Of a stretch of DNA of 64,000 nucleotides, positions 14,439 to 27,249 are shown one piece after another. The notes below the pieces were generated by a model. It did not search any database and was not told where the DNA came from. It saw nothing but the letters and a program-made list of their open reading frames with translations. Numbering within the stretch: position 1 is the first letter of the stretch; each line of letters begins with the position of its first letter. This DNA is from Octopus vulgaris (lineage: Eukaryota). Position numbers and translations under genes: made by a program. The stretch lies in the NCBI GenBank assembly GCA_951406725.2, contig OX597826.1, positions 20,832,001 to 20,896,000 on the forward strand. The letters run 5' to 3'.

Positions 14439-15413
14439 GTGTGTGTATGTATGTATGTATGTAGGTATGTATTATGGAATGCATGTGTGTGCATGTATGA
14501 ATATATTTTTATGTGAGTGTATAAAAGAAGATATTTTTTTCATTTTCCTTCTTCACTTCCAACAGTCATTAAATCAACTTCTGATTCTTCGTTTCACATT
14601 AAACCATTCTAATTGTAAGGTAGATCACTTTATCAAACACTTTCCTTTCTTTCTTTATTTTTTATACATAAAAATAAAATAATTATTCAATATTAATCCT
14701 CAAAAAATACTTTTTCTTTTCTTTTCTTTTCTCCATTCTTAAACCTGAAAAAGCTACTGTCATGGTGATTTTTCTCAGATTTTTCCTTTAGGTATTTTTT
14801 TTTATAGAAATTTTGTTTCTGACAATTGATACACACATTCTCACTCACTCTATCGCAAATGCACACACAAAAACAAACATACACACAAACACATACAAAC
14901 CCACCAAAAAAAAAAACCCATGAACAATAACGACAATAACCACCTCATAAACTATTCAATTAGAATAGAAAAAAATATGTTTCTGTATTTAAACACATCT
15001 TTTGAATAAATTGATCGATTGTAGAGAACCCTCTCCTCATTTTAAAAGACATTAGCTAATATTTGCTGCTTAAATTTACAATCCTCTACAACTGACTGTG
15101 TCCAGTACAACTGAACATGGAAAGCTTTGAAGTTACCAAACCAACCACTATTCCTCTGTTAGCTATTAAGACAACCAGCTTTAAGATTTCCTTTAATTCT
15201 TTCTGCTTTTTTGTTGCTGCCATAAACTGCCATAAAAGACAGTTTGTTTGTTGGTTTCTTTCTTTGTTTCTCTGTGTTTAATCAATGAAATGATATTCTC
15301 ACCATTCCAAACTGAAATACGTGCTGCAAAAACAAATTTTATAATTTCATTTATTTCAACAAACTACTTGTGTAATTCTTTCTTCTTTTCATCTCTTCCT
15401 CTCCTTCCCCCTC

Positions 15414-15459
<46 letters not shown>

Positions 15460-16930
15460 GCTCTTTCGCAGAGGAACAACAAATCTTCCAAAACTGGCTC
15501 TCACTTTCTCTCTCCCTCTCTCCTCTCTCTCTTCCCCCCTCTCTCTCTTCCCCCCTCTCTCTCTCCCCCTACTCTCTAATTGCATTTTCTTTTCATCTAG
15601 AATATAGAAAAGGAAGAATTCTTATGAGAAAACCACAGAAAAAGCCACTATTGACTGATGCCAACCAGATGCAAATAATTATGTTTTCCATTTAACCCCA
15701 TGTCTCTCTTTCTCTTTCCTTCCCTCTCCCTCTCTCTCCCTCTCCCCTCCCTCTTCCAATATTTATCTATCTATTTTCAATAAGTTTTTACCATTGAAGT
15801 GTCTTCAAGACATATGCGTAACCTTGCAGATATTCTGCCTTTACATGGCTAGATGTATTACCATTTTTAAAGAGAACCACTCCAAACAACAAAGCAACCC
15901 AGACAAAAAAAAGTTGTTTTTTGTTTCTAATTTTGATTTTATTTATTTATTTACATTTATTTATTTATTTCCCTACTGTAACTTGGCTTTTTCTGTCCAT
16001 GGACAATCCTCCTGGGATGTTTGTTCATCGCTCGGCTGCCTGAAACTAAGTTCAGTTCTATTAACATGGCATTGATTTCTCAGAGCTTCACTCGGCTCAG
16101 CCAAACAACTATTATTTCGCTCTAATATACATTTATTGATCTTCCATTTTCACAAGAGAAAACAACCAATTAGATTACCTTTATGACTTATGAATTTTCC
16201 CAGATAAACTGATAAATTTGTCCATTTCTAATCATTAACAGAATCTTTTCAGGCTTTTCTTCTTGACGCCAATTCCCCTAATTATCCTTTTCTCTTTTTC
16301 TTTACTTTTTTTTCTTTCTTTCTTCTTTTGTGTTTTGCATTTAAGTTCTTTATCGTCATGATAATTGCCATTATCAACGAAATCTCAATACTATTTGTAA
16401 TTAGGTAAATTATAATAGAATATTCTGCCTGTAATTTTGTTAGATGCAATTGTTCATCAGATTACACTCCAGAATTACATTCAATAAATAATTTAGACAA
16501 GAACAACATTAAAACACATTAAATAGAGTTTTAAATGATCCAAAATTAAATAGAGGACAACATGAAACCATTATGGCACTAATTAGCGACAGTCACTGAA
16601 TCATGGCCATTTTTGGTGCTTAAAATAAAATTCCAAATGAGAGAGAAAAGTTTTGTTACTGAAGATTACGTAAAAATAATCGCTTTATCTCTAGAATAAA
16701 GTTCTGTGGGAGTTGCCAGGAATCCTACAGACAGGAATTTCTACAAGTTGTGTATCAAAGTTTATTGCTTCCAGGAGACTGACAAGTTTGCTTCCTTACT
16801 GAGAGGTTCTGGATTCAATTCCTCTGCACAGCACCATGAATTAGTATCTTCTAAGATAGATTTGGGCTATGAAATTTGATAAATTTGAAATAAATAGAAA
16901 GTCATACAGACATAGACATACATAGATTGC

Positions 16931-16978
<48 letters not shown>

Positions 16979-17145
16979 ATCAATCTGTCTACCTATCTCT
17001 CTCTTTATCTATCTGTCTTTCTATCTGCCTATCTATAAATATATATAATATACAAATAGATATACATATATACATGCATGTATATGTGTGTGTGTATATA
17101 TATATATGTGAATGGTTCTGTTAAGCAGTGTTGATTTTTACAATT

Positions 17146-17525
17146 CTGTAAATAATAATAATAATAGTATTTTATAAGCTTAAAGCTTATAAGCAATCAC
17201 TGCACAACGACTAAAGAAAATAGTCTGATGTTGGGGCATAGAAGCCTTCAACAGGAAAAAGTTGGTTTTCCTGTATACATGGGACTCGAACTCACACCTC
17301 TTGTTTACACAGCCAAGTGTGCTACCAATTAGGTTCGCTGGTGTAATTGGTAGCACACTTGCATAAACAAAGACATGTGGGTTCGAGTCCCATGCATACG
17401 GGAAAAACCTATATTTTTCTGTCAAGGGCTTATATGCCCCATTATTAGACTATTTTCTTTAGTCATTGCGCAGCGATTGCTTATAAGCTTCAAGCTTACA
17501 AAAACACTATTGTTATTATTTACAG
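17146..17525. mobile_element. About 380-bp fold-back element: head-to-head inverted duplication of a tRNA-headed unit
   Basis: Arms 17146-17331 and 17344-17525 are reverse complements, with a perfect 18-bp inner stem (CAAGTGTGCTACCAATTA / TAATTGGTAGCACACTTG) around a 12-nt loop. Each arm has an A-box-like TAATTGGTAG and a B-box-like G(G/A)GTTCGAGTCC. Confidence 0.9.
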
Positions 17526-17560
17526 GATATATATATATATATATATATATAATACATATA

Positions 17561-17629
<69 letters not shown>

Positions 17630-17985
17630 CATATATAGAAAATAAGTATATATATATGTATGTATATAAAAAATTTATTTACCTTACAACTCATTACACA
17701 TCACTGTGATCTCAGATGAAAACATACATACACACAAATGCACACATGTATGTATATATATATAAAGAGAGAAAGACAGAAGGAGTCAGGCAGGCAGACA
17801 GGCAGACAGACAGACAGAAAGATTGACAGACAGACAGACAGATAGATTTAACAGTTTCAGCTATTTCTATCAACTTTGTGTAATTTGCCCTAATCTTAAA
17901 TGACATCTCAAGAAATTCTGCATCACTTTTTATTCTTTTTCATCCACCTTTCCTCTTTCATTTCTCTCAAAACCTCAAATTTCTG

Positions 17986-18080
<95 letters not shown>

Positions 18081-19230
18081 CTATCTATCTACCTATCTCT
18101 CAGTCTGCCACCCTTTATATACCTTTCTCTTTCTTTCTCCCTCTTTAAGCTGCTCTGTCTTCCTTTGTCTCATTTCTCTCTCCACCTGTATTTCTCTCTT
18201 AATCTTTCAATACTATTATCTTCTAACTTTCTCTGTCAGTCTGTCTCTCTCTCTCTCTCTCTCCCCACCCCCATCCTCATCAGCTTAATGTCAGTTGATG
18301 TTCAAAAACAATATTATTGACAATTGTCAGTGCCAATTGTGTGTGTGTGTGTGTGATGGAGGGGGTGGGTGAGAGGCAAGCACCCCTGCAGGTATGAATG
18401 TCTGTGAGAAATATAATGAAAACTAAACAGAAACAACCATTTGCATGTCACTGGGGATTCTATCCACACGATTCATTATCGCAGACTAATAATCCGAAAG
18501 AGAACTGCTCCACCACTCCTTCACATGTAATTCCGTTCACAAATAATACCATCTTAGCTGGTTATGCATTCTCAAGCATTTCCACAAGACAGTTAGACAT
18601 TTCTTATTTGAACAGAATTACCAAAGATCACACACCAAATATTCTAACTAATCTCAAAAACAATAATTCAGTGAACAAAGACAGATTTTCTTGAAGGAAA
18701 TTAATCAAAGACAGATTCCAATTCTTATTGTTTGACATAGATCTTCATGTTCTTCTTCTTTCACCATTTCTCTTTGATTTGTTTATCTTAAATTGGTTTC
18801 CATCCTTGTTTGTTATTCTCCCATCCTTCGCCGCCGTCCATTTTACATCAAAGTAAAGAAACTTGGAATTTCTTAAAATAAATTGAGAATTCTATAGAAA
18901 TGGAGGAATGCTGCAACGAAAATATTTTGTTTCTTTTTTCAATTTATAGATTGTTTCTTTCTTTCTTTTACTTTTTAAATATTCTAACTTCAATTATTAT
19001 TCTTAAGAAATTTTATTAATCAACACATATCTGTTGATTATCTTCTGTTGGAAACTGGCAGGTTATATTAATTTATAAAATATGATCTGCTAACATGCAT
19101 TAGCATAGATCTAGAAATATATTGACATAACAACACACACACACACACACACACACACATATTCAAGGTGGTGCCCCAGCATGGCCACAGTCTAATGACT
19201 GAAACAAGTAAAAGATATATATATATATAT

Positions 19231-19874
19231 GTTCTCTTCTGTTTTTAGTTATTGAAATTCTTCTTTTGAAGAAGGGGTTGGTTTCTGACAAAGATATCAA
19301 GCTCCATCATTGCAGTGTAGTTAACGAAATGATGTCACATTTTAAACTTGAATAAAGTCTTGCATAATTTTACTGTTCCACTTACAGATTGTAAAAGTAA
19401 CATGTGAATCAGTTGGTTGCTTTCTTTTTCTGAAAACCCAAGCTTACCCAGATTGTCACTCAGACATTCATTCACAAAACCAAGTGCACCAATTATCATT
19501 ATTAGTATAAATGTAAATTTGTAATCCAGATATAGAAGCTGGAAGTTTCAAAGCAGCTGCCCATAGTTATCTTCTTTCTCTTCGATTTTTAAAGAGATAT
19601 TCGTATCAGCAGGACATCTAGCTTCTATGATGGGAAATACTTTTCCTTGTTTGTCCCAAACAACAATATCTGGCCTGTTATGCTTACTTTTGACAGATGT
19701 TTTGATGGGAATGTGCCACCAGTATTCTTTGTGCTGAAGTGTAGGTATTCAATAACAGGGGATTTTCTAGATTTATTCCAGGACAGGTTTTTTTTTTCTG
19801 GATGGCATTGTGTATTGTCTTTGCGATGACATCATGTTGCATAGGGAAGTAGTACTTTGATGACATTTTTAAGC
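19231..19874 (-). mobile_element. 3' fragment of an R4-like RLE non-LTR retrotransposon (same family as 36260-37791)
   Basis: Minus strand reads YYFPMQHDVIAKTIHNAI...HNRPDIVVWD...IIGALGFV, followed by a 3' UTR that aligns by eye to 37680-37790. (TA)n/(TATG)n flanks both ends. Confidence 0.85.
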
Positions 19875-19879
19875 ATATA

Positions 19880-19915
<36 letters not shown>

Positions 19916-20333
19916 TGTATGTGCGTATGTGTGTATGTATGTGTGTATGTATGTATGTATGTATGTATGTATGTATGTATGCATGTAAAAATATTCACTT
20001 AAGTATATATGTTGATACATATATGTATATATATATACATGTATAGCAGAGAACAGCAATGGCCAAAGGTAGAAGAGGAGGCAACTAGTAGAAACAGCAT
20101 GGGCAGGGATGATAATGAGAAATGGAAATGATTCTAAGAAGGCAGGATGTATTATACCTGTTTTGTTCTGAGGTGATTACAGTAGCCAAGTCATAAAGAT
20201 GAGATGGGTGGTGGAGGGAATGATTATACAATGGATGAAATGTATTATTAATATGAAATTAAATTAAAATATTTGATGCTTCAAAAGTATTCTTGCTTCC
20301 ATTTGATACAAGAATTTTCATTTCTGTTGACAG

Positions 20334-20455
20334 TGCCAGACCAGGAAGACCCCCCAAACGCAGTCCATCTATTCACGCTAGCCCGGAGACATTGGAAAAA
20401 TTGAAAAAAAGTCGGTTAGATGGAAATGAATATCAGTATGATCCAAGAATTTATG
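20334..20455 (+). CDS. dac: Internal coding exon (122 nt) of a dachshund homolog: (S)ARPGRPPKRSPSIHASPETLEKLKKSRLDGNEYQYDPRIY
   Basis: Acceptor tttctgttgacAG (20332-33) and donor G|GTAAG (20456); phase 2 in, phase 1 out. S-x-RPGRPPKR is the motif that directly follows the DD1/Dachbox-N (Ski/Sno/Dac) domain in Dachshund proteins. The DD1 exon itself is not in the window. Confidence 0.85.
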
Positions 20456-20644
20456 GTAAGGCACTGTCCAATATTTTTTCAAATAATAAATGAAATTCAA
20501 ACTCACTAGAAAAAAAAAAACCTAAATGTAGATCAAACTTGACAAAGAAAATCTTTTTTCTATGTAAGGAATATCTTATTAGTATTGTTGTATGTGTGTA
20601 TGTAGGCATATGTGTGCATGTGTGTGTGTGTGTGTGTGTGTGTC

Positions 20645-20766
20645 ATACTTTTGCAAGAATAGTGTTGATAGTGACTTTGAAGTTTCAGGCATTCATTAGA
20701 CTTGCTGATAAAGGCTAGTGGGCCCAGACTTCAAAGTCAGTGTCAGCACTGCTCTTGCAAAAGTAT
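20645..20766. mobile_element. 122-bp inverted-repeat element containing degenerate hammerhead-like motifs
   Basis: Arms ATACTTTTGCAAGA...TGACTTTGAAGT and ACTTCAAAGTCA...TCTTGCAAAAGTAT. The + strand reads CTGATAA-AGGC-TAGTGG-GCC-CAGA-CTTCAAA-GTC; the - strand reads GCCT-GAAA-CTTCAAA-GTC. Confidence 0.75.
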
Positions 20767-20880
20767 AAAACAATATGAACTCAACAAAATGTATTGAATA
20801 ATCCTTTAGTTTAACATTAAATTGTTATTAATAAACTCAACATAAAAACATATATGTATATACATATACATATACATATA

Positions 20881-20944
<64 letters not shown>

Positions 20945-20957
20945 GTGTGTGTGTATG

Positions 20958-21017
<60 letters not shown>

Positions 21018-21499
21018 ATATATATATATATATTCGTGTGTGTGTGTGTGCATTAATACACAAGTATATATTGAAATAAGAACTTCTGTCGCATGTAAAA
21101 ATGGTATTAAGTTCTGAAGAGTGAATCAATGTCAAATATCTTTGATTGAACTATAAAAAAAAAAAAAGAAAGATAAAAAGTGAAATACATATGTTTTTTG
21201 TTGTTTTGGGAAAGAAAATGAAAGAACTAAATTGTCATTCCTGAACTCTGGGTCAGCATCAACAATTGATCTTTGAAATTGTATTTTGTTGCAAAAAATT
21301 AATATTTCTAACAAACAATAATTATGAATATAACCATTTCAAAATATAACAAAATTTTTCTTTCAACCTTTCCTTATCCCCCCCCACTCTCCTTGTTACA
21401 CTTGTTCACATTTCTACATTATTCAATAATTTATTACATTATCAGATGTGGCTCTAACAACAGCATAAAATGGACCAAATTTTGAAATCTTGACAACTT

Positions 21500-21793
21500 C
21501 AATACCAAGTCCTTGTCCCGTGTAAATTAAATGTAAGCAGTGCTGTGTGGGGATCAGCGTGTCATAGAATAGACCCAACGTTTCCTCTGCCTGTGACTAA
21601 AAGAGGTTGAGGTAGGATTTGCACTCTGACCTCGTAGAACCCTCACCAGCAATGATCACCCAAAACAGACCCATAGGCTGGAGGTTTGTCGCCTGAGTGT
21701 CATCCACCAGGAGTAATAGGGGACCACAAACAAATAGTGGGTGCAGCAATGCCCTATTATGGCACATGCCCCCACTCTACTACTACTACTACT
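21500..21793 (+). mobile_element. Unclassified retroposon-like 3' end with a (CTA)n tail
   Basis: GC-richer non-coding island ending abruptly in ctactactactact. No second copy seen in the window. Confidence 0.35.
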
Positions 21794-24700
21794 TAATAAT
21801 TCTGTTTTAATTAGAAAAATGTGATTCATAGCGCCAAATTGATTCTTTTGCATCTAGAAGATGTTTTCCACTGTTTCAGAAGAATATTTTATTACAGACA
21901 AAAAATTAAGAGTCAGTAGAGCACCAGCTAGCATGTCTTGTGGTATTTGTTCTGGTTGTCTGTACGCTAGGTTCAAATCTTGCCAGGGTCAACTCCAACT
22001 TTCATCCTTCCAAGATTAATAAAGAAAACACCATTCTAGAACACTGGATTAATAGAATTGATACAATTTTAGAGACATGCCATGTCAATTCTGACACTTT
22101 ATGTCTTGAGTTCAAATGCAGTCTAGAGATTCAATGTCCACTGATGACCATATCATCACCACTCACACACTGAGAGAAGGGTTGCCATGAAAACACATGA
22201 CAGACTGTGGCACTGGTACTTGTCTGGAATTGGACCTGCCACCACCATTGTTTCAATGCAGTTGTACCATGGGAATTGAAACCACGACTTTCTCTTTATA
22301 CTCATCAGATTTGTTAATAAATAATCCCAGGATTTCTCAGACCTTGGAACCAAATTTTTATCTCCCTAAATTTTTATCTTTCTGTCTGTGTATTTTAATT
22401 TTATCCAATATAATTTGCTGCCAGGGCAAGAAATGTCTGGTCTGTGCAAAACTATGAATATCTGGGAGTAAAATAATCCCCCTATGAGCCAACAAGGGCA
22501 TTTCCAGGGGGTCACTTGACATACTGGAAATAGAAGCAAACCTCTCTTAAATCACAGCTCACTGTCTTAAAATGAAGCACATGCTTATTGAGATGGTGTT
22601 GTGTTCATTGTACATAAGAGATGGTCATGGTAAGAAAGCCTTTCATCTTCAGTCTTGCTGATCTGGTACTAAACACCAACTGTCCCTTACACCCACCATT
22701 ACCCTTTATCATTATATATTTCCTTGTCCTAAATATAACAAAATATACAAAATTAGCAGAAAAAAACCCCGTAAAAACTTCCAAATGTTATTTCTTTCTT
22801 TGTGTTTTGTTGGGGCATGGGGTATGAAGACTAATCTTATATTTTAATTTTTAATCATTTGATTAAAATTCCCTAAAAAAGAAAAATAGAATATTTCATT
22901 AAGAAAAAAAATTATCAAATTCTATCAGAAATGGTTTCATTGAATAGGAAATGTATTTTGGAAAGCGCTCAGCTCGTTTCTGTATCCCAATTAATGGACC
23001 AATTAGACGACGTGTTTCTCCTACTATTGATCTAGTTTCTGGCTAATAAGCAAGATTACTTTATTAATGGAATTTCAATTAGACCTACTCTTCTGTCTAT
23101 TTGCTGAAAATTAATTTAGAAAATTGCAAAGAGGCGAAATAAAGCAAATTTCACTGATTCTATTGAATTTTAATTCTGCTATGGTAAATTCTATAGTTGA
23201 GGCTTCATTAGTTACAACAGGCCGATCTTCCTGTTAGCATTGGTCTCATTGCTAAAGTTTTTATTACATTCAATAATTAAATAAAAGACATTCTCCTACA
23301 ATAAGATTATTTTTTTTTTTAAATATTTCCCAACATGCTTATTTTTAATTTTTTTTTTCTAAATGTCTTTTTTAATTTAAAAACCATATCTACATTTATA
23401 TTTTTGTAAATTATTTTTTCGTTGCTTTTCTTAAAGTCTAATTTTACCTAATTTCCAATATTTTTGCATTTTCTATTTACCCATCTTGTAAGACCACCAT
23501 CATAATTTTTCTTCAGCAATTTTTGTTTCTCTTTTTTTTTCTCTTTTTCAGTTTTATTTGTCTCTCGCATCTAAAATGTTTGTTAATTCATGTGAAATTT
23601 TTCTATAGGTGATTTAATTTATATTATTCTTTCAGGCACCATTGCTTTTCATTGAGTGATATTGAAAACTCAGCACTATTGTTGACTATAATAATCTTAC
23701 CCCAAAGCACAATGACTCGGTATTGTTCCGACATTAAGTGACCTCCCCTTGCTTTTCCTCTCGTTAATTTAAATCATCTTTAGCAGCTTGTACAGTCTGG
23801 ATACCATTTGGCAAAAGGAGAACTATTTAGCAAACATATGCCCAAAGCAAGAATGTTTCACTATAATAATAGCAGCACCATAATGAAGATTTGACTGGTG
23901 GAGATGAGAGAGAATGAGAGAGAGAAAGAGAGAGAGAGGGGGATGGTACTTGCAGACAATACTGGGCATATTTATAGATTTCGTCCTCTATATGATAGTG
24001 TAGATAATAATGTAAATTGACATGTAATATTTTTATTAAATATTAATATCCACTTTCTACATTTATTCTTAGAGTCTTGAAATAACGGTCTTTCATTGGA
24101 AAAGAAAGCTGAAATGTAATCTTCAAATTGCAATATTAACAAATTCTTTATTAAATAATAGACAAAGAAAATAAATAAAATCATGGGAAAAAAAACCCTT
24201 AAAATAGAAAAACACAGGAACTGATACAACAACAACAACAATCCTAACAACAACAACGTCTCATGGATATTCAAAACTGAAACATTATCAAAAATAAAAC
24301 ACGAGAAAATCCAATAAAACTCCCCCACCCCCAAAATAGATATCTTTTCTCAGAGAATTCTTCATTGTTTTACATGAAGCAAGTTATAAATATGGTACTC
24401 AATTCCTTCTAATGTCTCAGGAGCTACCATTCCTCAATTTAGCATCAGGTTATTTTTTTTGTTCTCCCCATTTTCATGTCAAAAATAATCACAATTCACC
24501 TTTTTCTTATCAATCAGAAGCTTTCATGCCTTTTTCTCACCTGAAATATTAGAAAATTTTACCTGCATTTTTCATTTCGTTTGCAAATCATTAATTGATC
24601 CATTTTACTTTAACTCCTATTCATTTCAGTCAGAGGTTGTGACCATACTGGGGCACCTCCATTGGTGTGGTTCTAACTTTATTTCATTTCCTTTCTTCAG

Positions 24701-25011
24701 CTCTCTCTCTCCCTCTCTCCCTCTTCCTTTCTCTCTCTCTCTCACTTCATGTTTATTTCCAGTGAGTGAGGAAGTCCTTAGTTACGTTTCTGGCTTTGAT
24801 GTGGGTTCAGCTGGTTTCACAGATAAAAATTTGGATGTGTTATTGTGAACACGTCCACATCTATGGTTTGTAGATCTCTGGCAAAGCATTGAAAATCTGT
24901 AGACCCTTGAACCCTAAACTGTTACAGTATTGAATCCTTCCTCAAGATGAACAAGATCGGACTTTAGATACAATGCATTAGCATATCTAGTTTCAGGGTT
25001 GCTACAGCTGT

Positions 25012-25063
<52 letters not shown>

Positions 25064-25200
25064 TGAACTACATATATCATCATCATCATCATCATAAACG
25101 ATGATGATGATGATGATGATATATGTAGTTCACTGTATGTATATGTGTGTAGTTGTAGAGCAGGAATTAAATTTATATAAACCACTCATATATATATACA

Positions 25201-25261
<61 letters not shown>

Positions 25262-25265
<4 letters not shown>

Positions 25266-25308
25266 AACCCATGCTAGCATGGAAAGCAGACGTTAAATGA
25301 TGATGATG

Positions 25309-25310
<2 letters not shown>
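25262..25310 (+). mobile_element. Extreme 3' tip of the RTE-type element with (GAT)n tail
   Basis: gtccaacccatgctagcatggaaagcagacgttaaatgatgatgatg matches 57988-58050 (+) and 62368-62430 (-). Confidence 0.75.
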
Positions 25311-25365
<55 letters not shown>

Positions 25366-25369
<4 letters not shown>

Positions 25370-26020
25370 AGTTAAGTTAATTTTTTGGCTCAAAAAGCAA
25401 AAAGCAAGGCCATGTAGGGGGACATGATAACCTGTGGGTGTATGCCATCAGGGCCGTGACCCTTGTTGACATCGAGGCCTTGAATAACGCGTTCGACTTC
25501 GTTCCGAGTGATGACCAATCTAGGCATTGGAGGTACCGATCTATCAAATGGAGGGGGTTCACGACCATCATCTTGTTTGAAAATTGTTGAAAAAGACTTG
25601 GCAAATAACTGACTCTGCTGATAAGGGTCCTCAATCGATATGCCTGTTGAGTCTACCAACGTTGCAATTTGGTTGTTCAAGCGGGAATTCCGTTGGTCAT
25701 GGGCGAAGAAGGTTTTTGGATTGCGACTGGCGTTTGCCGTGATTCTGTATTCATATCTGAAGCGTTCTTCCTTTTCAATTTTTACGGCTCGGTCTCGTTG
25801 AGTTTTGTACACCTCAAAAGCTGCAGTCGAATCTAGATTTTTGAATTCAGCCCAAGCAATATCTCTGAGTCGAAGTTCTCGTTTAACCTTCTTCGTCACC
25901 CAGGGCTTGTGTTTCTTCTTCCTGGGAAGCCCAACGGGAACTGCTTGGTCAGTCAACCAGATTACATATGCTTTGAGGGACGACCATAGTTCGTCAACTG
26001 AGGACATCATCAGGGATCGC
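25366..26020 (-). mobile_element. CR1/Jockey-group LINE fragment: ORF2 linker joined directly to a 3' end with (TTAAC)3 tail
   Basis: About 195 stop-free codons with KPWVT...NPKTFF...LDVNKGHGPDGIHP (the region between APE and RT), then about 50 nt of UTR-like sequence and TTAACTTAACTTAAC. (TA)n flanks both sides. Confidence 0.85.
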
Positions 26021-26027
26021 CATATAT

Positions 26028-26110
<83 letters not shown>

Positions 26111-26112
26111 TG

Positions 26113-26151
<39 letters not shown>

Positions 26152-26641
26152 ATGTATGTATGCATGCATGTATGTATGTGCATGCTACCTATATAGATAA
26201 ATCATTGTCATCATCATCATCATCATAATCAACATCTTTTCATAATCACTTTAAAGTGCTTTTATCCTCGCTTGCAAGAGACAGGCAAACTCTCATTGAA
26301 TGAAACCAGTTTTTGTATGAACAGTGACTTTGTTGAGAGTCAGTACACAAATGACAAGACAAGAAGACACAATTAAGATGTAAGCACTCACACACACACA
26401 CAAGCATAACGATAGAAAAATAGATATACAAATAGAGAAACGAAACTGTAAAACTGCTACGATATTAAGCTATTGATGAAGTTTACAACAGCCAAATAGC
26501 AATTCTGATAAATCTATCGCATTATATTCTAGATTTATACACACACACAAGCATACACACTTCTCTTTCTTTCTCACTCTCTCTCTCTCTCTCTCTGTAC
26601 ACACACGCACACACATACACATGCACACACACACACACACA

Positions 26642-26689
<48 letters not shown>

Positions 26690-27082
26690 CATCCAGTTAA
26701 AAGAAGAAAAGGAAATTAACAATTCAGCAGAGTCTGCTAAAATGAATTGATAGGTCCACATATAACATCTCAAAATGCATCTGTTTCTGTCTCTGATGAA
26801 ATAATACTCATGTCACATAGATGCAAATTTAATTTACAAATTTGTAACTAAATTATTGAGTATTAATTGAAACGGCTGTAAGAAGCAAAGATGACCAATT
26901 TTTTAATAATAAATAATTATTAACTTCCTTATCTCCATTTTCTTTTCTTCTTTTAACCGGATATAAGCTTATGCTTTATATACCCCTATTGTTTTAAAGG
27001 AATTTCGTTCCCTAAAAATACTAGGTATTGAACCAATATTTCCTTGGATGCAACCATCCCTTCATGAGGTTAACATATCCTC

Positions 27083-27138
<56 letters not shown>

Positions 27139-27218
27139 AGTATGTTAATGCAAACAGGAAAAGTTGAACTCAAAATATGAGTGTATGTATATTTTACTTC
27201 TGCTAAATATTAATAAAA

Positions 27219-27249
<31 letters not shown>

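Noticed and set aside
17332-17400. Functional tRNA gene
   Set aside because: A and B boxes are present, but the acceptor and anticodon stems do not close and it lies in a repeat palindrome; treated as a SINE-like head.
24761-24848. Possible exon after ttatttccAG reading VSEEVLSYVSGFDVGSAGFTDKNLDVLL
   Set aside because: It hits an in-frame stop with no convincing donor, and the upstream pyrimidine tract is a CT microsatellite.
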